Shown here: in pieces, positions 19,558 to 29,041 of the stretch
Layout of the letters: every line of letters starts with the position of its first letter
How positions within the stretch are numbered: the first letter of the stretch is position 1
Assembly: GCA_964568845.1 (NCBI GenBank)
Contig: CAZMSC010000002.1
Span: 3,283 to 67,282 of the forward strand
Reading direction: 5' to 3'
DNA length: 64,000 nucleotides
Origin: an uncultured Candidatus Bathyarchaeia archaeon
GTDB lineage: Archaea; Thermoproteota; CALKCG01; B24
The notes under the pieces: model-generated
What the model was told of the DNA's origin: nothing
Seen by the model: only the letters and a program-made list of their open reading frames with translations
Databases searched by the model: none
Program-made: the position numbers and the translations under genes

Positions 19558-20166
19558 TTAGGATTTCACTGGTAGCGATTCTTCCCAAGAGTTTTCACTT
19601 GTTATAGTAAGTACATCTATACCGTCTCCGCTTGTAGCATCTCTAGCCATCGCCGCTCGCATGCTTTTAATAACTAGGCTTCTAGCATCATCCTGCAACA
19701 TACTTGGTCTATACTCAGCCTCTAAAACACCTAGAGATATCTCAGCTCCAGATCCCACAACGGCATACTCGTCTTTTATCACCGAGCCCAGCGGGTCTAA
19801 AATGTAGAGACTTGCCCCTTCTTCATCTACACCTGCGACTAAAGTCTGTGTTAAAAGTGGGAAGAGCCTCCTGTAGAATAGGATTTGAGATGTAAGTTTC
19901 GCAAGAGCCCTAACGGAGCACGGCCTCCCGGTATCCAACTCGTAAAGCTTCATATTGGCCGCTATGAGCTGAACTATGGATTGCATATCTGAAACCAATC
20001 CTGCACACGCCACACCGATCCTATCAGACACTTTGAAAACCTTCTTAACGGCTTTGCTTAGAACGTAACGACCGTATGTGTATCGCTTTTCAGAAGCTAA
20101 GATGGTCCCATCTTTAAACACTAAACCGACTGTTGTGGCACCGGGTATAAGTAGCTCCGTAGACAT
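19558..20166 (-). CDS. psmB: proteasome subunit beta
   Basis: Propeptide followed by the catalytic Thr context GATTVGLVFKDGTILASEKR. I chose ATG 20164-20166 (MSTELL..) over the upstream start at 20199. Confidence 0.9.
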   Translation of the reverse strand: MSTELLIPGATTVGLVFKDGTILASEKRYTYGRYVLSKAVKKVFKVSDRIGVACAGLVSDMQSIVQLIAANMKLYELDTGRPCSVRALAKLTSQILFYRRLFPLLTQTLVAGVDEEGASLYILDPLGSVIKDEYAVVGSGAEISLGVLEAEYRPSMLQDDARSLVIKSMRAAMARDATSGDGIDVLTITSENSWEESLPVKS

Positions 20167-20646
20167 ATGATATCGTAAGTATAGAGTGAGCAAGAACATT
20201 AATAAACGTTTCAGTAGCCTGAAATAATCAGGCCCGTCTAGTATGTGTAGAAGTTCCTGGCTCCGAAATAGTGGAGACCAAGCTGGGATGACGAATAAAA
20301 ATGGGGTTCACTAATCAATGTGACAAGTTAAGGCTTCCCAGTTAAAAAGGTAGGAGGTTGTACTTAAAGAAGTGGCTCTATAAGTGGCTGAACTCATGAT
20401 TGAAGCTGAGAGGTTTAAGCTTCCCGTATTCATCCAAGTGAGCTTAATGGATGTGAGGCACCACCCGGAGTGTTGCTTCGTGGCGGGGCTCTAGTACTAG
20501 AAGTGGTAAGGCGACCTTGAACGTCTATGGCTTTCATTGAAAGTTTAGAAGAATGCTTCGAAATCCTCAGATTATTGGCGATTGAAGATTGAGATGGGAA
20601 AAAAGAGTTAAATAGTGAATGTTTTTCTCGCTTAGATCATTAACTG

Positions 20647-23600
20647 TTGTGGGAGGTGATTTATCTGAATTATAAGGGTGTCAAAGTTTGGAAGAGAGGC
20701 GTTATTAAACCTACTTATAATGTGATCGAGGATTCTTTACCCTATTTTGAAAGCAAACACTATCCTTATACTAAGCTTAACATGTTCAGCTCTGAACAAA
20801 TACGCATCCGATATGGTGAAGTGGTTATGGAAAACGATTTTCTCCGGTTAACCTTCATACCTGACCTTGGAGCACGCATATTCTCAGCATTCGATAAAAC
20901 CTCTAAACGCCATATTTTCAACTATATAGATTTGATCAGACCGACGTTGATAGCAGCTAGGGGTGCATGGATAGCTGTTGGTTTAGAGTTTAACCTCTGT
21001 TCTTTTCCCTCTCATACAGTGGATAACTTCTCACCGGTAGATTATGCTGTAAGGGAGAATCGTGATGGAAGCGCATCAGTAATTTTAGGCAATTTAAACC
21101 TCACAAACAATATTGAGTATAACATAATTATAACATTGAAGTCAAATTCTTCAAGGATTGAAACTGAAATAAGAACGTTTAACATAAGTTTAATCCCGGA
21201 GAGATACTATTTTTGGTCAAACGCAGCTATACCTGCAAGCTATGGTTTGAAGATATTCTATCCTGGCCGTCGGACTAATATCGGCTCTTTTCCGATAGAC
21301 GAAAACGGAGTTGATTTAAGCTTATATAAAAACTACGTTAGACCTACAAGCCTCTTCATGCTGGATTCTGAAGAGGACTTTTTTGCAGCATACAATTATG
21401 ACCACGGTATAGGCGTAGTTCATGTTGCAGATCACAATATGGTTCCTGGAAAAAAGTTTTGGACGTGGGGGGTCTCCGAAGATGGATTGTTCTGGAAAGA
21501 CCTCCTCTCAGATAGAGGGGTCCCCTATATTGAAATACAGAGTGGAAGGTTCTTAACGCAGGGGATAGTGGGTCTCGTAAATCCTTTAAGCTTTGAATCG
21601 TGGACTGAATACTGGTATCCTATTAAAGGGCTTAATGGTTTAACGTTTGCAAATAAGAATATAGCCATAAACGTAGAGAAGATTGGAAAGGAAAAGATTA
21701 AAGTCGCAATTTCGCCAGCAGTCAAATATGAGAATGCTAAACTTGAGGTTTTAGATTTAAAGAGAGGAATGAAAGCATACGAAGAAACCATAAATCTATC
21801 TCCTGACGTTACAGTAGTTAGGGAGTTGGATGCAGAAATAGAACAACCTATGCTTAAAATAATATCTTCTAATGGGGATGAGATACTATCATGGGACTTC
21901 AGGGATTATAAAACGGGCCTTCCTGAAACTCCATCGTGGGAAGGTGAAGTAGAGGATTGGGGTTGGAAGAGTAGTGCTGAAGAACTCTGGTTGAAGGGAG
22001 TAGACTCGTTTAAGAGGGAGCACTTTGAAATAGCTAAGAGGTTTTTTCAGAGGTCGCTGGAGAAAGACTCAGATTTCTCTAAAAGCTTAACATGGCTTGG
22101 GCTAATATCATATATCTCAGGTCTCTATGCTGATGCAGAAGCCTATCTAAGGAAGGCGTTGAGGAGAAACCCCTACGATGAAGATGCGCGATACTACCTA
22201 TGCCTAGCATTAATGGCTTTGGGCAGGGATTACGATGCTGAAAGGGGTCTTTGGAAGCTCTACAATTTTGCGAAGAATAGGTCTTTAGTCTTCTATCTTC
22301 TAGGAGTACTAAAAACGAGGTTAAATCTCTACGCGGAAGCTGAAGAAATGTTCAGAAAATCTATTGTGGAGAATGGATCTAACTTGAGGGCTTTTACGAT
22401 GTTATCTGCTGTTTTAAGAAAACAGGGGAAGCATAGAGAGGCTTTAGAGGTTTTAGAGAAGTGTTACGAGCTCATGTCACTAGACTATCTGGTCCTTGCG
22501 GAGAGTTGCCTATTATTATCCGACGAGATGCTTGAAAGTGCTCTGTTCGCTAGCTATCAGAAGGTTCTCGAAGCTTCAAAAGAGTACATTTTCGCTGGCT
22601 TGTTTGATGATGCCGTAAAAATACTCGAAGAGACTTTAAATCGTAGAGTTAAAAACCCGCTGATATACTATTACCTAGGTTATGCTCTTAGGAAGATGGG
22701 ATGGATTGAAGAGGCTAGAAAATGCTATGAAAATGGTGAGAAAGAAGGGATTGAACGCGTTTTCCCGCACAGACTAATAGAAATTGACATATTGAAAGAT
22801 GTCGTTGATGCTCTTCAAGAATGCCAAGTGGCGCACTACCTAATGGGCAATGTTCTATTCTACAGAGGTAGATGGGAGGAAGCCCTTAAAGAGTGGGAAA
22901 AAGCTCTGCAAAATGGATTGCAAAATGCCATTCTATACCGTAATATAGGTCTTTCCTACAGCATTTTGACAAATGAATGGGCGAAAGCTATTGAAGCCTA
23001 TGAAAAAGCCATCGAACTATCTCCTAAAAGCCAGATGCTATATGTTGAGCTAGATGACATATACTCGCGAATTGGCTTATTTAGTGAAAGGATAGGTCTC
23101 TTAGAGAAGGCTCCTGCAGAAGCTAGAGGGTATGCTCTAATAGCTAGATTGTGCTCAGCGTATGTGGATGTTGGAGAGCCAGATAAAGCCTTAAATATAT
23201 TGGTTAATACGTTCTTCGAGCCCTCAGAAGGATATTACGGCTTTTGGGAAATATACGTTGATACTCTCCTAGCTAAAGGTCTTAAGATGCTTAAAGAAAA
23301 TGGGGCGAAGGATGCTCTACAGTATTTCATTGAAGCAACAAAGTATCCTAAAAACCTCGGCGTAGGAGCCCCTCACCCAAATTACAGAAGTGATGTACTC
23401 CAAATGTACTATATTGGGCTCATACATGAAATCTTAGGTGACAAAGAATCCGCTGAAAAGGTGTGGAATGAAGCACTTCAAAGATATACTGATTTTGTGA
23501 GCGAGCACAAGGTCTTCCAAGCTTTAATACTCAAGAAGCTTAAGAGAGATGCTGAGGCAAAGACGTTATTGGAGAAGATAATTGCTGAAGCAAAATCTAG

Positions 23601-23820
23601 AGCGAAAGATATCTGTGAAAAAGTCGATGCGGCAGAAAGCGCTATAGCGCGTCTATCCTCATATGACAAGGCTCTCGCGTATATACATTATGTAATTGGT
23701 ATTGCATTGATCGTGTATGGCGATATAACTGATGGACTAGCAGAGATCGATAAGGCTTTAAAGATAACCAGTGCTGTTAGACATGCACGCTGGGTTAAAG
23801 AAGGTTTTCTCACATTTTAG
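20647..23820 (+). CDS. DUF5107-domain protein with a long C-terminal TPR-repeat region
   Basis: The N-terminal ~420 aa (KVWKRGVIKPTY.., LRLTFIPDLGARIFSAFDK.., AARGAWIAVGLEFN) resemble DUF5107. The remainder is repeated TPR-like helices (..AEAYLRKALRRNPYDEDARYYL..). An SD-like GGAGGTGAT overlaps the TTG/GTG start region. Confidence 0.65.
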   Translation: MWEVIYLNYKGVKVWKRGVIKPTYNVIEDSLPYFESKHYPYTKLNMFSSEQIRIRYGEVVMENDFLRLTFIPDLGARIFSAFDKTSKRHIFNYIDLIRPTLIAARGAWIAVGLEFNLCSFPSHTVDNFSPVDYAVRENRDGSASVILGNLNLTNNIEYNIIITLKSNSSRIETEIRTFNISLIPERYYFWSNAAIPASYGLKIFYPGRRTNIGSFPIDENGVDLSLYKNYVRPTSLFMLDSEEDFFAAYNYDHGIGVVHVADHNMVPGKKFWTWGVSEDGLFWKDLLSDRGVPYIEIQSGRFLTQGIVGLVNPLSFESWTEYWYPIKGLNGLTFANKNIAINVEKIGKEKIKVAISPAVKYENAKLEVLDLKRGMKAYEETINLSPDVTVVRELDAEIEQPMLKIISSNGDEILSWDFRDYKTGLPETPSWEGEVEDWGWKSSAEELWLKGVDSFKREHFEIAKRFFQRSLEKDSDFSKSLTWLGLISYISGLYADAEAYLRKALRRNPYDEDARYYLCLALMALGRDYDAERGLWKLYNFAKNRSLVFYLLGVLKTRLNLYAEAEEMFRKSIVENGSNLRAFTMLSAVLRKQGKHREALEVLEKCYELMSLDYLVLAESCLLLSDEMLESALFASYQKVLEASKEYIFAGLFDDAVKILEETLNRRVKNPLIYYYLGYALRKMGWIEEARKCYENGEKEGIERVFPHRLIEIDILKDVVDALQECQVAHYLMGNVLFYRGRWEEALKEWEKALQNGLQNAILYRNIGLSYSILTNEWAKAIEAYEKAIELSPKSQMLYVELDDIYSRIGLFSERIGLLEKAPAEARGYALIARLCSAYVDVGEPDKALNILVNTFFEPSEGYYGFWEIYVDTLLAKGLKMLKENGAKDALQYFIEATKYPKNLGVGAPHPNYRSDVLQMYYIGLIHEILGDKESAEKVWNEALQRYTDFVSEHKVFQALILKKLKRDAEAKTLLEKIIAEAKSRAKDICEKVDAAESAIARLSSYDKALAYIHYVIGIALIVYGDITDGLAEIDKALKITSAVRHARWVKEGFLTF

Positions 23821-23969
23821 TTCAAGTCTGTCTGAAAAATGTTTGAATTGTTCAACACCGTACCAGTACGGCTGGTTTAGGCATTGGTATGACAGAGCCG
23901 TAAAATTAGGGAAAACAATCCAACAGACTTACAACAGTAAGTCTGCTCACAAAGTTTTAATCATCCCCC

Positions 23970-25220
23970 ATGATAATATGTACATGTGGGAGGTTGGAGC
24001 GAGGCTTTTACATAGGGGAGGCTTTAATAGGTTTAGGTTATGAAGTTGCTCACGTTGACATAGTGATTGGGGAGAAAAATGGACCGGCTGGCTTAGCGTT
24101 TACAAACGCTTTATCAAATCCCTCTGCTGGCCACACGGCTATGCTCGCCGTACTAAGACCCAATCTACCAGTTAAGCCTAGTACTTTGATAGTGCCCAAG
24201 GTCACGGTTAAAAGTATGGAGGATTCTGAGAAGGTCTTCGGTCCTACTCAGGCGGCCGTTGCTAAGGCCATAGCCGACGCCGTTGAAGAGGGTATTATTC
24301 CAAGAGATAAATGTGAGGATTGGGTTGTAATAGTCTCAGCTTTCGTACATCCTAAGGCTAAAGATTATAGGAAGATCTACCAGTTCAACTATGCTGCTAC
24401 AAAGCTGGCTATTAGGAGAGCGTTAAAAGGGTATCCGAGTGTTGAGAAGATTCTCAGGGAAAAGAATAAAGCGGTTCATCCTATTATGGGCTTTAGAGTT
24501 AAAAGGCTCTGGAGTCCGCCGTATTTGCAAGTCGCATTAGACCTGAGTAATCTCGAGAAGGCTTTAGAAATAGTTAAACAGTTGCCTAAAAGTGAAAGAG
24601 TTATTCTTGAAGCTGGTACTCCTCTCATAAAAGCCTACGGTGTTGGAGTCGTCGGGAAAATAAGGGAGATCTGGAAAGATGCATTTATAGTAGCAGATTT
24701 GAAGACGATGGATGTTGGTAGGGTTGAAGTTAAAGAGGCCGCCGACGCCACCGCCGATGCCGTCTGCATACTTGCCGCTGCGTCAAAGACTACTATAGAT
24801 AAAGCTATACTTGAAGCTCAAAAACAAGGGGTCTACTCAATATTGGACATGATGGAGGTTTCAAATCCAATAGCTAAAATCGAAGCGTTAGAGTATAAGC
24901 CTGACATCGTTCTCCTACATGTTAGTGCCGACGTTGAAAGGAGAGCCGTAGAATCTGGTAAACCAGTAGAGTTTAAATGGAATGAGATATCCGAGGTTAA
25001 AAGCAGTTTTAAAGTCCTCGTAGCGGTTGCTGGAGGAATAACACCATCTTCAGCTATTGAAGCCTTAAAAAGCGGAGCGGATGTGATAGTTGTTGGAAGA
25101 TACATAGTTGGAAGCGGAGATCCCAGGCGGGCTTCTGAGCAGTTTCTAAACTTAATGCCGCCGGAACCAGATGTTATGAGACTTACATTAGATGAAGATG
25201 AATCTATCGGTGAAATTTGA
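23970..25220 (+). CDS. fae-hps: bifunctional formaldehyde-activating enzyme / 3-hexulose-6-phosphate synthase (Fae-Hps fusion)
   Basis: The N-terminal half, [27 protein letters not shown]..., fits Fae. The C-terminal half, [17 protein letters not shown]...[11 protein letters not shown]...DLKTMDVG, fits the OMPDC-fold HPS. The true start may be TTG 23994, preceded by GGGAGG. Confidence 0.85.
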   Translation: MIICTCGRLERGFYIGEALIGLGYEVAHVDIVIGEKNGPAGLAFTNALSNPSAGHTAMLAVLRPNLPVKPSTLIVPKVTVKSMEDSEKVFGPTQAAVAKAIADAVEEGIIPRDKCEDWVVIVSAFVHPKAKDYRKIYQFNYAATKLAIRRALKGYPSVEKILREKNKAVHPIMGFRVKRLWSPPYLQVALDLSNLEKALEIVKQLPKSERVILEAGTPLIKAYGVGVVGKIREIWKDAFIVADLKTMDVGRVEVKEAADATADAVCILAAASKTTIDKAILEAQKQGVYSILDMMEVSNPIAKIEALEYKPDIVLLHVSADVERRAVESGKPVEFKWNEISEVKSSFKVLVAVAGGITPSSAIEALKSGADVIVVGRYIVGSGDPRRASEQFLNLMPPEPDVMRLTLDEDESIGEI

Positions 25221-25267
25221 CATCTAAGTACTACTGGGAATACTAATGGGGATTAGGGGTAACTCGT

Positions 25268-26446
25268 ATGTCTATGACGTCTAAGGAAAGAGTGTTGGCT
25301 ACGTTCGAGTTTGAGCTGGTAGACATGGTACCTATACACCACATAGGCTTCTCCGGAGACGCGGCTTCAAAAATACTGAGACGTGAAGTCTATGTTGGAG
25401 GTGGAATACAGCAGTGGAGGGAAGCAAAGGCACTATGGGAGGGTGAGGAGGCTCACCGGGAATTTTTGAGGAAATCGATTGAAGACGCTTTTGAACTAGC
25501 TAAAGCAACAGATCAGGATACCATACGGTTTCATTATTGGCGTCTCCCTATAAAACCTAAGATGAAGATCGATGAATATACCTTCCTTTATGGAGACCCG
25601 AAGGGGGAATACGTAATCAGACGCTATAATCCATCTTCCGAACTCTTTAACATCATCAAAGAGCATCCTCCAAAGGAGAAGATGAGTCTAAGCGTTCGAC
25701 TTAGGAGAGCGGAGGAGCATCTCACTAAGATGGAGGAGTGGTTGGAGAGCTACCATCCGAGAGCCGAAGAATTCCAAGAAATACGTAGCTTGACGGAAAA
25801 ATATGGTGGAGAATACGCTATCAGGGTAAACGGTGGGTCTGTAGGCATCGGGTTAAGCACGGAAGATCTCATATGGCTTATAGCCGTGAAGCATAGACCA
25901 GATCTAGCCGCCCGCTACCTAGATGTACAAGCGGAAGTAGCTGTAAGACAGATAAAGTATCTTGCAGATGCGGAGGTGAAATTGCTATTCAGCGGGGTAG
26001 ATATCGCTGATAATAAAGGCCCTTGTCTTCCCCCTAAAATTTTTCGTGAGCTTGTCTTACCTAGAATACGTAGAGTTACTGAGGAATGCCATAAATACGG
26101 TATATATTACTTATACGGTAGCGACGGAAATCTTTGGCCAGTCGCCGATGACCTTTTCGGAAAATCTGGAGTTGATGGGTATTTTGAGATAGATAAGAGA
26201 GCTGGTATGAACCTCAGGAAGCTTAGAGAACGTTTTCCCAACCTCATACTCATAGGAAACATAAGCTCCCACACACTATACTGTGAAAGCAGAGAAGACG
26301 TGGAGGCTGAAGTTCGGTCGTGCCTTGAAGAAGCCAAGAGAAGCAGAGGGATCATAGTCGGAGTTTCGAACTACATAGTCCCAGGGACTCCAAAAGAGAA
26401 TATAGACACTCTAATTAAAACAATTAGAAAACACAGGAAGATATAG
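25268..26446 (+). CDS. uroporphyrinogen decarboxylase (URO-D) family protein, function unclear
   Basis: SKERVLATFEFELVDMVP N-terminus and a C-terminal GNISSHTL..GTPKENIDTLIKTI pattern typical of the URO-D/MtaA-like fold. The HxC zinc motif of MtaA-type methyltransferases is not evident. Confidence 0.6.
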   Translation: MSMTSKERVLATFEFELVDMVPIHHIGFSGDAASKILRREVYVGGGIQQWREAKALWEGEEAHREFLRKSIEDAFELAKATDQDTIRFHYWRLPIKPKMKIDEYTFLYGDPKGEYVIRRYNPSSELFNIIKEHPPKEKMSLSVRLRRAEEHLTKMEEWLESYHPRAEEFQEIRSLTEKYGGEYAIRVNGGSVGIGLSTEDLIWLIAVKHRPDLAARYLDVQAEVAVRQIKYLADAEVKLLFSGVDIADNKGPCLPPKIFRELVLPRIRRVTEECHKYGIYYLYGSDGNLWPVADDLFGKSGVDGYFEIDKRAGMNLRKLRERFPNLILIGNISSHTLYCESREDVEAEVRSCLEEAKRSRGIIVGVSNYIVPGTPKENIDTLIKTIRKHRKI

Positions 26447-26464
26447 AATCTTGTAATATGATAA

Positions 26465-26863
26465 AGAGGTCATGCTGTTATTGAGAAATATGGTCTTACA
26501 CAAGTTGATGTAGCTAAGAAACTTGGAATCACTCAGGTAGCTATAAGCCAGTATTTAAGGCTCAAGCGTGGAGATAAAGGCTTAGAGGGCTTCGAGGAAT
26601 TTATCCCCTTAATACAGTCAACTGCAAGTGAAGTAGCTAATCATATAGCTTCTGGAAAAATAGATTCTGAGAGGGTAATGCTGAAATTCTGCGAGATATG
26701 TCTCTTGATACGGAAAAGTAAATTATTGAAGCAAAGCAATTGTAGAAATAATACACTAAAAATTAGCTACTCTATTAGAGAAAGAATTTCCTCAGCATTC
26801 TCCCCCAATATCTTCCTCTTATCACTTTCACTGATATCTGCGTACTTGACTTTAGCCAGCTGA
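26465..26863 (+). pseudogene. HTH (XRE/COG2522-like) transcriptional regulator lacking a recognisable N-terminus and start codon
   Basis: The frame is open from the TAA at 26462-26464. It encodes ..EKYGLTQVDVAKKLGITQVAISQYLRLKRGDKG...FCEIC... There is no ATG/GTG/TTG before the HTH. An out-of-frame ATG sits at 26458. The 3' end overlaps the convergent amidohydrolase by about 97 nt. Confidence 0.4.
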
Positions 26864-27567
26864 GATATATAGCTCCGACCAGGCGCATCGGAACCGAACA
26901 ATATTCTGTCGGCTCCTATCATCTCTACAGCACTTTCTATAACGCCTCTTTCAGGGTCAAAACCAGATGTGTCGAAATATATGTTTGGATAAGGTCTTGT
27001 AGCGTCAAGAGTCTTCGCCTACATACCCCCCATGTGAGCAAAAACAAACTTAGTATCAGGGTATCTTCTCCCTAGTTCCGCAATTATGCGCACTGGAAAG
27101 GAAAAACCCTCTGACACGATGAGAGTTCTCGCCTCATGTGTTAAACCCTCCTCATCATGCCAGCTATGTATAACCACAAGGGCATCGAGCTCCGTTGCCT
27201 TTAAAAAGATGGCATGGGCACTAAGTAGGCCTGAGAGAGACCAGTTTGGTTCGGCATGAATCTTCACTCCCCTAAAACCATACTCCTTTACAAATCTCTC
27301 TATAATTACTGACGCCTTTGGGTCAGTACAGCATCCCCTAACGAATCCTACTAATTTACCTCGATGCTTATCCACAAGCTCTCTTATAAACTCATTATTA
27401 CTGGAGAGACCTAGAATCACCTGTCTGTCAATACAAGCTTTTTGAGCCGCAATTAGCATCCTCTCAAATTTCTCTCTCCACCATACCTCCACATCTTCAA
27501 GTCCACGAAAAGGTATGTGGGTATGCATATCTATAATAAACTTAAATCTCCCATCAATATTCGGCAA
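26767..27567 (-). pseudogene. amidohydrolase-2 family (COG2159-like) metal hydrolase with an in-frame TAG
   Basis: ORF 27019..27567 (IIDMHTHIP.., ..FAHMGGM*) continues in the same frame after TAG 27019-27021 as AKTLDATRPYPNIYFDTSGF..ADRILFGSDAPG.. to TAG 26767-26769. Together this makes 266 codons, matching the intact paralog at 40361..41158. Confidence 0.7.
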
Positions 27568-28003
27568 CTAATTTTATCTTTATGCTTTGTGGTTTAATTT
27601 TTTGTTCGGTTCATTTTCCTTATGTATTGGAAGTGTGTTGATGAAAGAACTTATTAGGTGTTATAGCATCGTCTACTATCAGCTTCTTCTGACCTGCCAC
27701 GGGGTCTGTTACGTTTGAATATTTCGTTATGATGCTGAACTTGAAGTAGCTCTAGATATAAAAGAGCCGCCTACACCCGTACCTACTACGCTAAACTTCA
27801 AACGAGTCGACAACTCAACAACCAATACGATATAATCGCCTGACAGAGGCATACAGATCTATAGCGAAAAATATATGGTATGGAATTTCAACCTTGGAAA
27901 AGACCGAAGTCTAAAGGACTTTCAGCGACTATAAGCAGTATGTAGACTTCGACATGGTTAAAGCCTTTATTCCATATTTTCCTTATAGGCCTCTCAGCCT
28001 CTA

Positions 28004-29026
28004 CTAGGCTGTTATATCGTATAGATTCATGTCTAATGCGTCTTCTACAGGTCTCCCTGCGAAGAAGTCTTCTAGAGATTTGACGACGGTTTTACCTATC
28101 ATATGGTAGCCGTAGTATCCCGCCCCAGCCACATGAGGGGTGATGTAGACGTTTTTAAGATCTCTAAGCGGACTGTCAGGGGGTAGAGGCTCAGGCTCTG
28201 TGACGTCTAGGAAGGCTATTATGCGTCCTTTCCTACATTCCTCAATAAGGGCATCGTGGTCTATTATCCCCCCTCTAGCGGTGTTTATCACTACAGCTCC
28301 ATCCTTCATTCGTCTAAGCTGATCGCGGCCTATCATATGGTAGGTTTCACTCGTCAAAGGGGCATGTATGCTTACAACGTCAGATTTTTCGAAAAGCTCG
28401 TTTAACCCCACTCTTCTAACGCCTAGCCTACCCGCCTCCCATTCTGAAAGATACGGGTCATAGACGAGAATCTTAACGTCGAAAGGTTTGAGAAGCCTTA
28501 CAACTTCTCTACCAACCACGCCTACTCCAACTATACCCACGGTAGCACCCATGAGAAACTGGCCGTTTTCCGATATTTCTCGGCTTCTCCAAACGCCCTT
28601 CTCTCTGTAAGCTTGTATATGATCAAACCAACGCCTCAAAGTCATGATCATCATGCCCATAGCAGACTCAGCCACGTTATAGGCTATAGCCCTCCTACAG
28701 CTTACAACGCATATACTGCGGGGTATAACATACTTCTCGACCACGGGTTTAGCCAGTATGGGTCTAACAGATCCGGCGGAGTGGACGATTATCTTAAGCC
28801 TATCTGCCTTCTCGAAAACCTCATCCGTCAACCCTGGGCTTCCCCAGCCTGTTACAAGCCCATCCATACCAGTTATGAGCTCAGCGACTTCGCTTGAAGA
28901 TAGGTCGCGATCCTTAACATTAACCGTCACGTCGAAAAGCCTGAGAAACATTTCAAAGTCTTCTTTAGTGAAGACCCTCTCCGTATGGGCTCTAGTCGGA
29001 ATATAGAGTATCCTACGCTTAGACAT
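28004..29026 (-). CDS. D-isomer-specific 2-hydroxyacid dehydrogenase family (glyoxylate/hydroxypyruvate reductase-like)
   Basis: NAD motif GIVGVGVVGREV, NTARGGIIDHDAL, and the catalytic-His context TPHVAG. Confidence 0.85.
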   Translation of the reverse strand: MSKRRILYIPTRAHTERVFTKEDFEMFLRLFDVTVNVKDRDLSSSEVAELITGMDGLVTGWGSPGLTDEVFEKADRLKIIVHSAGSVRPILAKPVVEKYVIPRSICVVSCRRAIAYNVAESAMGMMIMTLRRWFDHIQAYREKGVWRSREISENGQFLMGATVGIVGVGVVGREVVRLLKPFDVKILVYDPYLSEWEAGRLGVRRVGLNELFEKSDVVSIHAPLTSETYHMIGRDQLRRMKDGAVVINTARGGIIDHDALIEECRKGRIIAFLDVTEPEPLPPDSPLRDLKNVYITPHVAGAGYYGYHMIGKTVVKSLEDFFAGRPVEDALDMNLYDITA

Positions 29027-29041
29027 GACGGGTCTCCCCCT

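Noticed and set aside
20226-20530. RNase P RNA, 5S rRNA or SRP RNA in the psmB / DUF5107 gap. The cues were AGAAGUUCCUGGCUCC resembling the P4 strand GAAAGUCCGGGCUCC, AAGCUGGGAUG resembling a crenarchaeal 5S 3' end, and CACCACCCGG resembling a 5S 5' end.
   Set aside because: The motifs occur in the wrong order for 5S. I could not find a complementary P4 3' strand or terminal helix, and there is no SRP GGAA/AGCA helix-8 signature. I left it as an unassigned candidate region, not a called RNA gene.
23771-24043. ORFs 23771..24043 (90 aa) and 55794..56039 (81 aa) as real genes.
   Set aside because: The first overlaps the better-supported Fae-Hps start region out of frame. The second overlaps the 3' end of the CarboxypepD_reg-like gene on the opposite strand. 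Neither has a recognisable motif.
27019-27021. In-frame TAG as a pyrrolysine codon.
   Set aside because: TAG terminates many well-supported genes in this window (rtcB, DUF371, ilvD, DUF5107-TPR, URO-D-like, the 992-aa glycosidase, PqqD-like). No pyl genes are visible, and TGG to TAG is a one-step nonsense change. I kept it only as a low-probability alternative in the finding.
27639-27692. C/D box sRNA candidate (TGATGA at 27639-27644, CTGA at 27689-27692) in the 436-bp ORF-free gap 27568-28003.
   Set aside because: The spacing is acceptable, but there are no recognisable D'/C' boxes and no terminal stem. The gap also gave only short, unconvincing peptide fragments on translation, so nothing is called there.
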